From: the human T2T-CHM13v2.0 reference genome, Homo sapiens
Reading direction: 5' to 3' (one strand)
NCBI RefSeq assembly: GCF_009914755.1
Contig: NC_060935.1
DNA: 64,000 nt
The notes beneath the pieces were generated by a model. That model had not been told where the DNA came from. It did not search any database and worked only from the letters and a program-made list of their open reading frames with translations. Positions 1 through 16,114 of the stretch are shown here, in pieces. Each line of letters opens with the position of its first letter. Within the stretch, counting starts at the first letter, position 1. Both the position numbers and the translations under genes were made by a program.

Positions 1-2351
1 AAGGTCTATCCTCTACTCCCCCTTCTCTGGGGTGAGGATAAGGCAGCAACCATGTCAGGGAAGGCAGCTGGCCATTGGAAAGGGGGCTGAGCTGCCTCAT
101 GTTCCCCACCTGTGCCCTGGAGCCTTGCCAGCAGGCTTAGATGAAGTGATGCGTTTAATATGCCTGGAGCCGGGCCTAGCATGAGGCATAGGCTTAATAA
201 ATGGCAGCTTCTATTGTCACTGGATGAGAAAGAGCAGGAGGAAACAGAGTTCCTGTCTCTGGGGATCTCTAGTCTGACAGGGACTTCAAGGAGCTCCCTA
301 ATCCAAAGACATTGGAGACATGGCCCTGACCCTGGGAAGATGGGGGAGTGGGGTGGATGGAATTTGAGGGTAGGATGAGCTGATTGAAGGGATGAGGGGA
401 AGACTCACCTAGAGACATGCCACAAACAAGTCTTGGCTTAAATGTTACCTTCTTGGTGAGGCCTTCCCTGAGCATCCAATCTATAAATGCTAATTCCTCC
501 CTTCTCCTGCCTCCCTACCTCCATCCCCTGCCTTGTTTTTCAGTAACACCTTAACAGATGATTCTGATATATTTCACTTACTTAAAAAAAAAAGTCTTTT
601 GTTGTTGTTCTTGCTGCATCTTCAACTGAGGCCCACAGCTCCCGCTGCCCTCAGCCCTATCTTAGAGCTCTCCCTGAGTCTGGATTCCTGTAACCACCTC
701 CTTCTCTTTCCTCTTCAGTCCTAGGGGTGGTAGTGATGCCCAGGTGCTTTCAGCTCCAGGATACCTCACAACCCCTGTGGTTTCCCCACTCCCTGCCCAT
801 CTCTGAATAGAGCCTTCTTGAATTATCCATATGAGATGGCCATCTTCTTCCTGCAGGACCTGGCTGGCACAGAAGCCCACTTTCTCTGCTCCTACAGCCC
901 CTCGGGCTTTCCTCTCACACAGCACTTACCATTCTGTGTTACAATTGTCTCCTCTATCGGTTGACTCCACACCTAGAACATAAATTCATTGAGGGCACTA
1001 AGCCATTCCCAGCACCAAGCCTAGCACAGAGGAGATCTTAGTAAAAATTTGTTGAATATATGAGTGAGTGAATAATGGTCATGAGAGGGAAGATCCCTAG
1101 GAATTATGTTATCAGAGAAAGCTTCCAAGAAGAGATAGAACCTGAGAGAGCCTCAAAGGTCAGTAGGAGACTTTTTCAACCTCTGGGCCAAACCTTTCCT
1201 CTGAGCATCGAACTCCCATATCCAACAACCTCCCTGATGTCTCTGTTTGGATAATGTGGGGACTGGGACTCTTGACTTCTTTCCCTTTCACTTTCCTATG
1301 TCTCAGTCAATGGCACCATCATCCATCCAGTTCCCTGTTTGTTTTCTTCATAGAACTCAACCCAATCTTCTGTTTATCTGTTTGGGGCCTGCCTTTCCCA
1401 TTGGACTGGAAGCGCTATGAGAACAGAGACCAGTTGTTTCTTTTCCACCTTGGTATCCCTTGAGTTACATCTTGATTTTTCAGTAACGCCTAACCAGATG
1501 ACTCTGATATATTTGATGTTCCTAACTTAAGGTCTAGGAAGTGGGGGGAAAATGTTGAGAGGTAGGGTGAGTGTGGATGGTACCTGTCAACAGTTTCAGA
1601 AGACTGGGTCACCAGGGGGAAATGCAGTGTGACTCACAGAGGAAGTTTCACAGTCACATCAAGTTACTTTATTCTATTATTCATGAGGAGCCCGTGTCTG
1701 TGCCTTCAGGGTCTTATCTCCTCCTGGCTTGTCAGTTTGGTCCTTAATCCCTTGCATTCCCCAAATCTGAAATGCTACAGCCCAGAAATCAGCTCGTTCC
1801 CTCTTCTCTATCCCCTCTTCTTCTCTCTCTTCCAAATCCCTCTCTAAGGGGAGTGCTACATCCTTCTCACTGATGTGTTTATGAGGTGTCTGAAGATGTG
1901 CGTCTCATTCTGATTCCAACAGCAAATATTCATCTTTGGCGGAACTACTTGTCCTCTCTGGACCTGTTTCCCTCTCTGCACAGGATGGTGTGAGACTGTC
2001 TCATCTCTAGGGCTCCTGCCAGATCTGACCTTCTTCAAAACTCAGCCTTGTGGGGAGGGTCAGGCACCACACCACAGTTCTTAGCTTGGACAGGTATGGT
2101 GGCTCTTCATAGTTGCAAAAGCATCTTCACTCTTGCTGTCTCATTGGGTCCTTTGGAGTCTAGACTGGAGTTCAAACAGTGGACTTGCCTCTAACTACAT
2201 GAATTTGGGCAATTTCTTCTTCTGAAACTCAGTTTCCTTTTCTGAAAACAGGGTCAGTAATACATCCCTGTGGATTTGTTATTTGCTGCAAATATTGTGC
2301 TTAGAACAGCTCTGGACCCTCGTGAGTTGGGCTGGAGAGAGGCAAGTGAGG

Positions 2352-2659
2352 GGCCGGGCACGGTGGCTCATGCCTGTAATCCCGGCACTTTGGGAGGCTG
2401 AGGCGGGTGGATTACCTGAGGTCAGGAGTTCAAGACCAGACTGGCCAACATGGTGAAACCTATCTCTATTAAAAATACAAAAAATTAGCCAGGCGTGGTG
2501 GCGGGCACCTGTAATCCTAGCTACTTGGGAGGCTGAGGCAGGAGAATTGCTCAATCCCAGGAAGTGAAGGTAGCAGTGAGCCGAGATCATGCCATTGAAC
2601 TCCAGCCTGGGCGACAGAGCAAGGCTCTGTCTCAGGGAAAAAAAAAAAAAAAAAAAAAA
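2352..2659 (+). mobile_element. Alu (AluS)
   Basis: GGCCGGGCACGGTGGCTCA start, dimeric body, poly-A, TSD ~AGGCAAGTGAGG. Confidence 0.95.
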
Positions 2660-4231
2660 GATAGGCAAGTGAGGTGGAATTGAGCTGAATACCAATAACT
2701 CAATAACTCCTCCCAGGTTCCCAGCATTTTGCAGGGCTTAGCATACCCCGTCCATCCTCTAACTGTGGATTAGGGCTGTGCGTCACCAGGGTCCAGGTAG
2801 GAAACAGATGGCACCCTGAAAATGGGTAATTCAGAGTGTGGCGAGGGCTTAGGAAATCAAGACAAAATAGTGCAGTATGTCTGGCTAGCAACAGTGAGGA
2901 TGAAAACTACCTGGGCTGACAGGGCAAGGGGAGGAAGGGGTTACTGGAACTCAGAGAGGGCAGTGGTGGGGAGGGCATCTCGGCTGGAGCTGTGGCCTTT
3001 GGTAGAGGCTAACCTCTCGCAGGGAGAGAGCCAGGGGAACAAGCACCTTTCCCTCTCTCCCCTCCCATCCTGTGGTCTTCTACCACTGCCTCCTGTTGGC
3101 TCAACCCAGTTGGAAGCTCCAGAGTCAGGCGGCCTACTGTGGGTGGAGAAGGGTGGTGAACCCATGAAGGGACATGTGGAAGGATCCAGCACAGGCAGTG
3201 CATCTGTCAGATGAGTAGGGTCCTCCCCTGATCCTTTTCAGCGTGCTCCAGGCAAGGGGTGGGAGGAAGGAGTAGAAGAACTAAGGAATGTGGGTGGAGG
3301 ATGCGAGCTTGGGTTTTCACCCCAGAAAGGAGCAGGAGGGGACAATCTCAGTTCCTCAAATATCCACATACTCTCTGTCATCTTCAGGCCTTTGCCTATG
3401 CTGTTCTCTCTGCCTGGAACATACTTCCTCCTGGGGCCGGCTAACTCACCCTTAGATGCTACTTCCTCCCGGAAATCTCCCCTGCCCTAAATTAGATGCC
3501 TTTGTCTGTGTCCCCTGACTGCTCCCATCCCACGTATCTCCCCTTTTTCATATGTATCATCCTTGTGTAAGTCCCTGTTCTTGGGCAGGGTACAGTCTGA
3601 TATGGGAAGAATGGCCCTGACTGCATGGAAAATGTTGCTCTCACTGGGAGAGCCCCTAGTCCAAGAGGGAGCAATAGATGAAGCAGCCCCTGGGGGGATC
3701 AGAATGCTGTTTGGTTTTTGGTGCTTCTAATCTTCTACCTCCAAAGTCATCAATGTTTAGAAAACAAGCAACAGATGTGGGTGTCTTTACTGGAGGTCTG
3801 GCTGAACCTACAGAGAAGGAGGGATTCCCTAATTCTTCTTAGTGATAAGAGACCACCTGGATGGTGCTGACACAGGCACAAGCCAAGAAAGGGGTCAGCC
3901 AAGGATCATCGGCCCTGGGACCTGGGCCAAGTCACTGCCCCACTTTGAGCCTCTGTGTTCCTCACTTGCACAACAATCTTGGTCCTGCAAACCTTGCAGT
4001 GTTCCAAGGAGCAAATGGACTCACAGCTGAGAAGGCACTTTGAAAACCATGAAATGCTTATTATTGCCTTCCCCTCAGACCAGGAGCTCCTGGAAGGAGG
4101 GGCTGTACCTCAGATGTTATGCATATTTGTTATCCCACCTAAGTAAATAGGATAGTGTGGCAGCAAAACAAAACAAAAACAAAAAGTGTTGACACTGACT
4201 TAAGCTTTGTTTTTAGAAGAATGTGTTTGGG

Positions 4232-4620
4232 GCTATCTTGGATTCTCCCAGAAGCAGGCCCTGGGACATGGATTTGAGTACAAGTGGTTCATGTGTGACG
4301 TGATCCCAGGAAACACAATTAGAAGAGTGGTGAAGTAACACAGGAGTGAATGGAGCCTTTCATAAGGTGTACCCTTAGCAAGCTTAGCCCTGCTAGGGAA
4401 CCCTAGAGGCCTGGGTAGAACACACATCCAGAGTTACCCCTCATTAGAGGCAAGGGGGCTAGGGGAGTCAGTCATTGGCTGAGGGCTGCTCGGGGGATAT
4501 GAATTCTCCAGCATGTCCAGCCTGACACATGGGTTGACAGCCCCGGTCCCTCCAAAAGTCCTGAGAAAAAAGGTACAGATGCTGGCAGGTGGAAATAGAC
4601 ACTGAAATGTCTATTTCTCT
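4232..4620. mobile_element. Old ERVL-type LTR fragment (LTR33-like)
   Basis: TTCTCCCAGAAGCAGGCCCTG...GGATTTGAGTACAAGTGGTT...GATCCCAGGAA resembles ERVL LTR starts; subfamily uncertain. Confidence 0.45.
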
Positions 4621-4629
4621 TCTTCTTCT

Positions 4630-4937
4630 TCTTTTTTTTTTTTTTTTAAGACAGGGTCTCACTCTGTCACCCAGGCTCCAAGCTGGAGTGCAGTGGTGAT
4701 GATCTTGGCTCATTGCAGCCTTCACTTCCTGGACTCAAGCAATCTTTTTGCCTCAGCTTCCCAAGTAGCTGGGACTACAAGTGTACGCCACCATGCCCGG
4801 CTAATTTTTGCATTTTTTGTAAAGACAGGCTTTTACTACGTTGCCCAGGCTGGTCTCAAACTCCTGAGCTCAAGTGATCCTCCTGCCTCAGCCTCCCAAA
4901 GTGCTGATATTACAGGATTGTGCCACTGTGCCCAGCC
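4630..4937 (-). mobile_element. Alu (AluJ)
   Basis: poly-T then reverse Alu body; TSD CTGAAATGTCTATTTCT / CTGAAATGACTGTTTCT. Confidence 0.93.
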
Positions 4938-5139
4938 TGAAATGACTGTTTCTAACAGATATTTGAAATGGCACTGAAATGGAAGGGCCAGGCAAATATA
5001 CATGGAGCACCTAAAACACCTGCTATAGTCTGGGGCAAGATAGGCACTTGAGTTCCCCAGATTAGCTTCACACTTCAGAGACTCTCATGCTTCTTATTCT
5101 GCCTGGAACACACCATGTCTTCTTATCTATCCCACAATT

Positions 5140-5650
5140 CTTATCTTCTGAAGCCATAGTGGACATCTGATGTCTTGGCCTTCCCAGAATTCCTTCTTTT
5201 GGGAATAGAACCTCTCTTTTCCTTTTGGGGAGTCACCCTTCCCTCTCTTGCTCTCAGCCCATATGGTTCAGGTGGGGCTAAGCCCCATCTGTTTGTTCCA
5301 AGAGGGTCATGACGCTCCTTGGAGTGATGATTTATCCAGAATCCTTCCTGGGCCTTAGGCTGAATGTATACGGAAGTAAGGGTGGCTAAGCTATAGAATC
5401 TAAGTGTGGTGTGACCAACAGCCATCTTTGGCACCACACAGGAGAGAGTGAAGCCAATTCTGAGGTCAGCAGAGCTAAGGAATAGAGGAAGAAAAACCAA
5501 GTCCTGATGCCATTGTTTGAGTCCCTGGATCAATCTGTGCCTGAAGTCTATCCACAGACTTTTCAGTTATGAGATCTAAAATATTCTCTTTTCACTTGAG
5601 CTAGTTTGAGCTGGGTTTCCTGTTACCTACAACCCAAAGTCCTCACTAAT
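5140..5650 (+). mobile_element. MaLR LTR (MLT1J/K-like)
   Basis: CCCTGGATCAA...TGCCTGAAG...CTTTTCAGTTA...GCTAGTTTGAGCTGGGTTT...CAACCCAAAGTCCTCACTAAT, a typical MLT1 3' end. Confidence 0.6.
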
Positions 5651-6850
5651 TCAGTGTCACTTTGAGCCTTTTCTGCCCTCATCCTCCCTTTTAAGACTTA
5701 GTACTTCTTTTATTTCCCCACAGTTCCCTATGCAAGCTTCTCTCAGTGTGTATAACACTTTACTGCATGTGTTTGTTTACAGGTGTGTCTTCTCTACAAG
5801 GCGGTGAGCTCCTTGAAGATGGACCAAGTTGGATCCATCTCTGTCCTCAGGGTCCAGCACAGGCTGGAACCTGGCCAGACCATACCATACATGTTATCTT
5901 CAAGCTGCATAGATTAAGGGCACATTAGCCAATTGGAGCCTATGGAGATGAGGGCAGTGGTGTGGGGTCTGGAAGCCATGAAGAACATAAGAATAAGGAA
6001 TGTTTAACTTGAAGTAGAGACCACTTCTGAGACAATCCATTCTCTGATTCCACAGACTGTTTCTGGGTGCCTCCTCTGTGGGAGGCCCGGGACTGGGGGC
6101 TGAAAAGGCCATGGATGACACAGCTATAGTCCCTGCCTGGGGAGCTCACAGTCTGGTTGGGATCGGGCATGGAAACAAGGAACTATAATAGAGTGTGGTC
6201 AGTACCACTAGAAAGGGATGTAGGGCATGGCCAGGGAAGTCCTCTTAGTGCAGGGGGGCAGAATTATGACAATGTTGGTGGCACATTTTAGCTTTGAGGA
6301 GTAACTTTCTAACAATCAGAACTGTGCAAGAATGGAAGGCTGCCTCAGGAGGCAGTAAGTGTTCTGTGTCTGGAGGTGTGTGAGCAGGGCTGGGACAACC
6401 ACTTAACAGACTGGATATATATTTTTTTCTTTTTTATCATTTTATTTTCAAATTGTCTATGTCTTTTAATGTTAAAGTACGTTTTTTGATAATAACATAT
6501 AATTGCTTGCATTTATAAAAGGTCAGCAAATGCTGCCTTTTCATGAGAGTATTTAATCCATTTACATTAAATTAGTGTTTCATGTTTGGATTTATCTGTC
6601 ATGGTGTTTGATTTCTATTTCTGTTTTCAGATTTTCATTTCTCTACCTTTAGTTGGAAAATTATTCTTATTCAATTTTATCTCCTATGTGAATTATCATT
6701 ATTAATTTAATTTGTGTCACCGCTATTGAATTTCTGCTTATGTCCATTTGACTTATTTTTGGTGGTTGCTGTATAGATGCATACGCATCTTCTTTTTATC
6801 ATAGCCTGCCTGCCAAAAATACTCTAGTACTTACGAATATAAGAATTTTG

Positions 6851-7464
<614 letters not shown>

Positions 7465-7574
7465 TAAAACAGTATACTTCTAAATACCACCCTTCTATCT
7501 TCATGGTTATATACTTTACATTCATATATGCTATAAATTCCACATTATGTAGTATTATTTTGACTTTATGGTAG

Positions 7575-8220
<646 letters not shown>

Positions 8221-8735
8221 TTTTTAACAGACTGGATGTTGATGTTTATCAACAAAGAGGACCAATGTGGAGGCTGCAGGGAATTCCTCACAATAAGACA
8301 AGCCATTAAAGCTCTGCTTCCTTCTGTATGTCAGGTACTGGGATATTAAGACAAAAACAAAAATAAAAAAGAAACAATCTCTGGCTCACAGTAGAAAAGC
8401 TCACAGTTTACAGAAATTTTTAAAATGTAACACTATGGCCTGATACCAGTGTCTCTTGAACTAGAATAATGTACAGACCCCCCTTTGAAAGGAAAAAAAA
8501 TTATTGGGTTACTCATTGTTGACTTAATCTAAATATGTTAAAATTTAAACTCAATATAAATTCCAATGTATGTAACTGTAAAAGCAAATCTTTTATATAA
8601 ACAATTTTTATTCAGTACAAACATTGAATATGAACAAAACTAAAAAATGAATAAAATGCTAATAACAACACCGCTGCTGCTGCTGGTCATGATGAGTTCT
8701 TTTGAGCTCATCCTGTTGGTTTTGTAGAAATATTC

Positions 8736-9030
8736 TGGCTGGGTTAGGTGGCTCACGCCTGTGATCCCAGCACTTTGGGAGGCCAAAGTGGGTGGATCGT
8801 TTGAGCCCAGCAGTTTAAGACCAACCTTGACATGGCAAGACCCTGTCTCTATAAAAAATACAAAAATTAGCCGGGCATAGTGGCACGTGCCTGTAGTCCC
8901 AGCCACTCAGGAGGCTGAAGCGGGAGAATCACCCGAGCCCAGGAAGTCAAGGCTGCCGTGATACAGTGAGCCGTGATTGCGTCACTCACTGCACTGCAGC
9001 CTGGGTGAAAAAGTGAGACCCTATCTCTAA
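8736..9030 (+). mobile_element. Alu (AluJ)
   Basis: Alu body with J-type features (GAGCCCAGG, AAGGCTG). Confidence 0.9.
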
Positions 9031-9540
9031 AAACAGAGAAAGATTCCATCTGGTAAGTGAAGGAGGGATGATAGAATCTAATAAGAGAATGCATCTAAGA
9101 AATGATCATTACAAAAAAGAGAGAGAAAAAAAAAAGCCTAGTATTACATCCCTCTTGCTGTAAGAACACACTACCACCTAGCAGGAGACATGAAAAAGAA
9201 AAAAAATCATACCTGAATCAGACCAAGCCTCAGGAGCTACCTTTCAGTGTTCAGGAAATAGAGGAGATAGAGAGACACATGAAATAATACCAGGAGGACA
9301 CGATGAACAAAATCTGGACTGTGGAAAACTTGATAGGACAAACATCTGTTTCCTCAACAAATAACAAGAGGAGCAAAGATAAAAAGATGGAGGAGGAACT
9401 TACAGATAAAAAAAGACTTAAGAGACATTTGTGAGACACATGAACCAAATACAGTGTCCAGATCTTGTTTGGATCCTGATTTGAATAAAACAACTAAAAG
9501 TAAAGAAAAAAGCAATTGGAGAAATGTGAACATTAACTGA

Positions 9541-9912
<372 letters not shown>

Positions 9913-10115
9913 AAGAGTATTTATCTTTTGGGAATACATACTGAAATATTTCTGAATGAAACAGTATATTTGTTATTCGCGTCACAATAATCCAGGGGGA
10001 GGCAGGAAGTGGGTACCAGTTTAGATAAACTTATCTGGCCATGAGCTGAGGATGGCTTTAGCTGCATGACGGTTCATTATTGTATGTTTAAAATATTTTA
10101 TAATAAAAAGCTTTA

Positions 10116-10420
10116 AGGCCAAACACAACACCTGTAATCCCAGCGCTTTTGGAGGTGGAGGAAAGAGGATTGCTTAAGGCCAGAAGTTCAAGACCAGCCT
10201 GGCAAAATAGCCAGATTTCATCTCTACTTTGAAAAAAAAAACACAAAAAAAATTAGTTAGGCGTGGTGGCACATGCCTAGCTAGTCCTAGCTACTCAGGA
10301 GGCTGAGGTGGAAAGATCACTTTAGCCCAGAAGGTCAAGGCTGCAATGAGCCATTATCATGCTGCTGCACTCCAGCTTGGGTGACAGAGTGAGACCCTGT
10401 TTCAACAACAACAAAAAAAG
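10116..10420 (+). mobile_element. Alu (AluJ, diverged)
   Basis: Alu body with (CAA)n/A tail. Confidence 0.85.
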
Positions 10421-10439
10421 TCTTTAAAAATAAAAAAAG

Positions 10440-10558
10440 ACACTTGTCTTTCAAGTCGCCCACTTGGCCCTCTTCCAAGTGTACTTTCCTTCCTTTTGTT
10501 CCTGCTCTAAAGTTTTTTAACTTTCATTCCTGCTCTAAAACTTGCCTTGAAAAAAAAA
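10440..10558 (+). mobile_element. MER41 LTR fragment (R region) with poly-A
   Basis: CACTTGTCTTTCAAGTCGCCCACTTGGCCCTCTTCCAAGTGTACTTTCC...CCTGCTCTAAAACTTGCC then an A tract. Confidence 0.7.
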
Positions 10559-11298
10559 TGAAAAAGCTTTCTAAGGTGCTGGAAATTTAAAATGCAGGCA
10601 TTACATCATTATATTGCTGACAGGAGTATAAATTGGTATAACTTTTATGGAAGGCAATTATGACAATGTCTACTAAATTTAAAGTACACATATCCTTTGA
10701 CTCAGAAAACCATTTCTAGAAATGCAGCCTCTGTACTCACCATGTATGAAACACACACAGACACACATACACACATACATGCACACAAATTCTCATTATA
10801 GCTTTGTTTGTAAAAGCCTAAGATTAGTAATAAACTAAATGTCCTCAATAGAGACTAAATAAGTCATGGTAAATCATTCAATGGAATACTACATAGTCAC
10901 TAAAAAGAATGAGGATGCCCTTTATAAACTGGTCTGAAACAATCACCCAAGTGCAAGACTGTGCATAGGGTATGCTACTATATAAAAAAGAATGTGTATA
11001 GTCATGTGTGCTTATATATGTATAAAATAACTCTGAAGTATATAAATAAGACACTTTTCATTATGTAGCCCTCCAGGGAAGGGATCTGGGTTTACAGGGG
11101 AGAGGGGGAGGAGCAAGACTTACATTTCAATGCCACTATTCTGCACCTTTTAAATTTTATTCCATATGTATGGATTATCTCTATTAAAAATTGATCAAAG
11201 TTAAAAAAATTAAGGCATTCAAAAATATAGTTATAAAGACTAGGAATGTGGGAAAATGTTTGTAGCATGATATTTGGTTTAAAAGAGTACACAGAGAG

Positions 11299-13178
<1,880 letters not shown>

Positions 13179-13707
13179 GTATACAAAATTTTGTCCACAT
13201 ATTAGAAGTACATAAAAATATGTCTGCTCATGATCAAATACTGAAAACACACATCAGTGAAAAGGATTGTGTTAGATGTGAGTACAAGTTTTTTTAACTT
13301 TATAGATATTATAAAATGGTATGATAATATTATAAAAATTTGGTTGAAAAATCAGATTTAGATTACAAAAATCTGGCTTCCATGGGAGTTTTCAGAGAGA
13401 GACTTTTTAAAAAATCACTTAATAAATCATTTATTTGTAAATCAGCACGTGTAGTATAAAGAACCTAAGAATTTAGACAATTTTAATAACCCATAAGCAT
13501 GTTGATTCTATTTGCAGATTTAAATTTTGTATAAATAGCAGTCATTGCATACATACATCTTAACTGTACTTTGTTTATAATCACATTTATGCTACCGATA
13601 CTCCTCAGAAAAAAACAGATTCTACTTGGTTCTAGCTGAAGTATTATCAACTCCAAATAATGCTTTGAGGACCTCCAAAGGTAAAGTACTAATCCCTTTG
13701 GCCATTT

Positions 13708-13710
<3 letters not shown>

Positions 13711-13739
<29 letters not shown>
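13711..13739. repeat. (GA)n microsatellite
   Basis: about 14 GA units. Confidence 0.95.
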
Positions 13740-13744
<5 letters not shown>

Positions 13745-14189
13745 AAGCAACAATGTACGCTTAGTAAAGCTGCTATGCAAAATTACCCCTCAGTCCTATT
13801 CTAAGCTTACAGTTCAGTTGATTTTATTGTCCTCACCTAAGTATATACAATTCACATATGGGAGAAAAACACTAAATCAAGATGATTATTTTCACTATTT
13901 TGCTTAAGATTCATATTTAAATATAAATCAAGAAGTTAATCTACAGTTTGAGACATACTTTTTACATTAGAAATGTTTTTTAAAATGTTAAACTGATACA
14001 TAATTGTAAATATGGTGTATGTACTGTTTCACACACAATGTGTGTCGATCAAATCAGTGTAATTAGCATGCCCATCAACTCAAACATTTATCATTTATTT
14101 GTAGCAAGAACATTCAATACATTAACTGTACTCACCCTACTGTGCAATAGGGCATCTGAACATATTCCTCCTAATTTAACTTTGTACCC

Positions 14190-15532
14190 ATTAAAAGTGG
14201 TTTTGTGTGCAAATAACAGACAGATGTTCTACCCATACATTGTTTTCCAAAATTATTGTGTGGCTTTTTAAAAGAAAACCACACAACAAATTTTAAAAGG
14301 CACTGAGATAACATCTGCTTCTAGATCACTGCTAGGCTCGAAAAATAAAGCTTGTTCTACCAGGAATCACAAGTTAGAACTGAGTATTTGCCAAAGCAGA
14401 AATTATATAGTGTCAGTCATTTCAGGCAAACACTATTTGGCCCTCATCCCCAATTATCTGTCAGAACAATTAAAACAGGTCAAAAACAGTCCAGCATAAC
14501 TGGGCTTCATTATATAAGGCCATTTTGTTCTAAGATGCTAATAAACCAAAATAAGAAATACTAAAATCAAAATAGAAGATATTATTTGAGCTATTTTCAT
14601 ACAAACTGTTGGTTCCTTATATCCTCCCTTCTATAACAATAAAAGGCATATTTTACTGCAAAGAAAATTTTACTTTATATATATCACTAGCCATAAATTT
14701 TTGAATGTCATTAATTACAGAAATGTTGCCTAGTACCATTAACCAAATAGCATAACCATTTTATGCCCACATTTCACTTCCATATTTACAAACATATCTA
14801 TCAGTAAAGAGTTAACAATGAGATGCAATCTAACATCCATATTGTCTGATGTTTTGTAGACAGCAATGTAGATGATTTTTTAATCACCTTTCATTTGAGT
14901 GACCTTATATAAAAAATAAGTCAATAATTTAGAGGTTCTAAGTCTCCAAAGGAGATTTTCAAATGTAAATATAGAAACGGTTATAGACAATGAGATTTTT
15001 AGGAAACCTCTTCCGTGTCTGCATCCTGTTATAACTGTTGTATCACCTTTTCTTCCAGCTGCTTTCCTTTGCCTGCAAGAGGTGTCAAGATGAGTTTTGC
15101 CTGACTTCTTTGATGTCCTGAACTTTCTGTAGTCCTTTTTTTTCTTCAATTTGTTCATTATAAATTTAGCTTAGCATTTGTTTGATCTTTTCAACTGTCT
15201 TCATTGCATCAGTAGTTTTATTCCATAGTTCTTGCCGGTATTTGACAGGCTCATTTCTGTATTTTTCAAATTCAAATGAATTACCCACTGTAAGCTCATT
15301 ATTACCAGTTGCTTTACAAAATGCTTTAGTCCACCTAATCTTTCCAGAATTGCGCTTCTTTTAAAGTTTTTATGCCATTTGTATTTACACAATCTGAACA
15401 CCTTGCAATAGCTGCAGATGAACATCATGATGTGGTCAGGGTAGATGGGCCCCAAAGAAACTAACACTTCTTAGTACACATGCTGAGCTCGCATGGGCCT
15501 CCACTGACCACACATGGAGCTTGAGAGGAAGT
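14190..15532 (-). pseudogene. RSL24D1 (ribosomal L24 domain containing 1) processed pseudogene; CDS remnant 15481-14999
   Basis: [31 protein letters not shown] and MNKLKK match RSL24D1 [31 protein letters not shown] / MNRLKK. 5' end CTTCCTCTCAAGC, early TAG and frameshifts, no introns. Confidence 0.9.
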
Positions 15533-15996
15533 CAAGAGCTATCTTGGAATTCCACATTCTGACCCTGTCATTCTTGAAAGAAAATGATGCATAATTTCTG
15601 AATAATTCAGAAAGAACATATAATCTTTCCAGTTAGTTTTTAAATAGTTCTGTTTATCAAATTTCTGAATTAACTTTTCTGAATTCAAGGGTTTCTAAAA
15701 CTAGCCTTAAGCAACATTCTGAAACCTAGGCTGGGAACCATGTAACCCAGCCCAAGAAGGTACTTTAAAGCGTCTTCGAGTTGTTTTTCAACCTAGGGGA
15801 AACAATAGATTCCGTTAAATCCTGAAAAGGATGTTTTTGTGTGTGAAAAATGGCCTGATACACTAGGTTAGACTCAGGAGGCTTTAACAAGTTTTGTCTT
15901 ATGGGTAAATGGTGGCGATTTTCACAGATAACATCATTACTCCCATCCCTTACTATGGTTTATACAAAAGAGGCTGGAGAATAAGTACATTTTTAC

Positions 15997-16114
15997 AGCC
16001 AGGTGTGGTGGCTCGTGCCTGTAATCCTACTTAGCACTTCGGGAGGCTGAGACAGGAGGATCTCTTGAGCCCAGGAGTTCGAGACCAGCCTGGGCAACAT
16101 AGGGACACCCTGTC
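15997..16114 (+). mobile_element. FLAM/Alu monomer truncated before its tail
   Basis: GCCAGGTGTGGTGGCTCGTGCC...GACACCCTGTC abutting the TSD. Confidence 0.85.

Larger units (their letters stand above)
13408..16114 (-). pseudogene. 5'-truncated retrocopy of an unidentified long 3'UTR carrying an RSL24D1 pseudogene, an L1 fragment and a FLAM
   Basis: TSD AGAGACTTTT at 13398-13407 and 16115-16124; minus-strand AATAAA at 13435-13430 followed ~20 nt later by a short A remnant. Confidence 0.6.
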
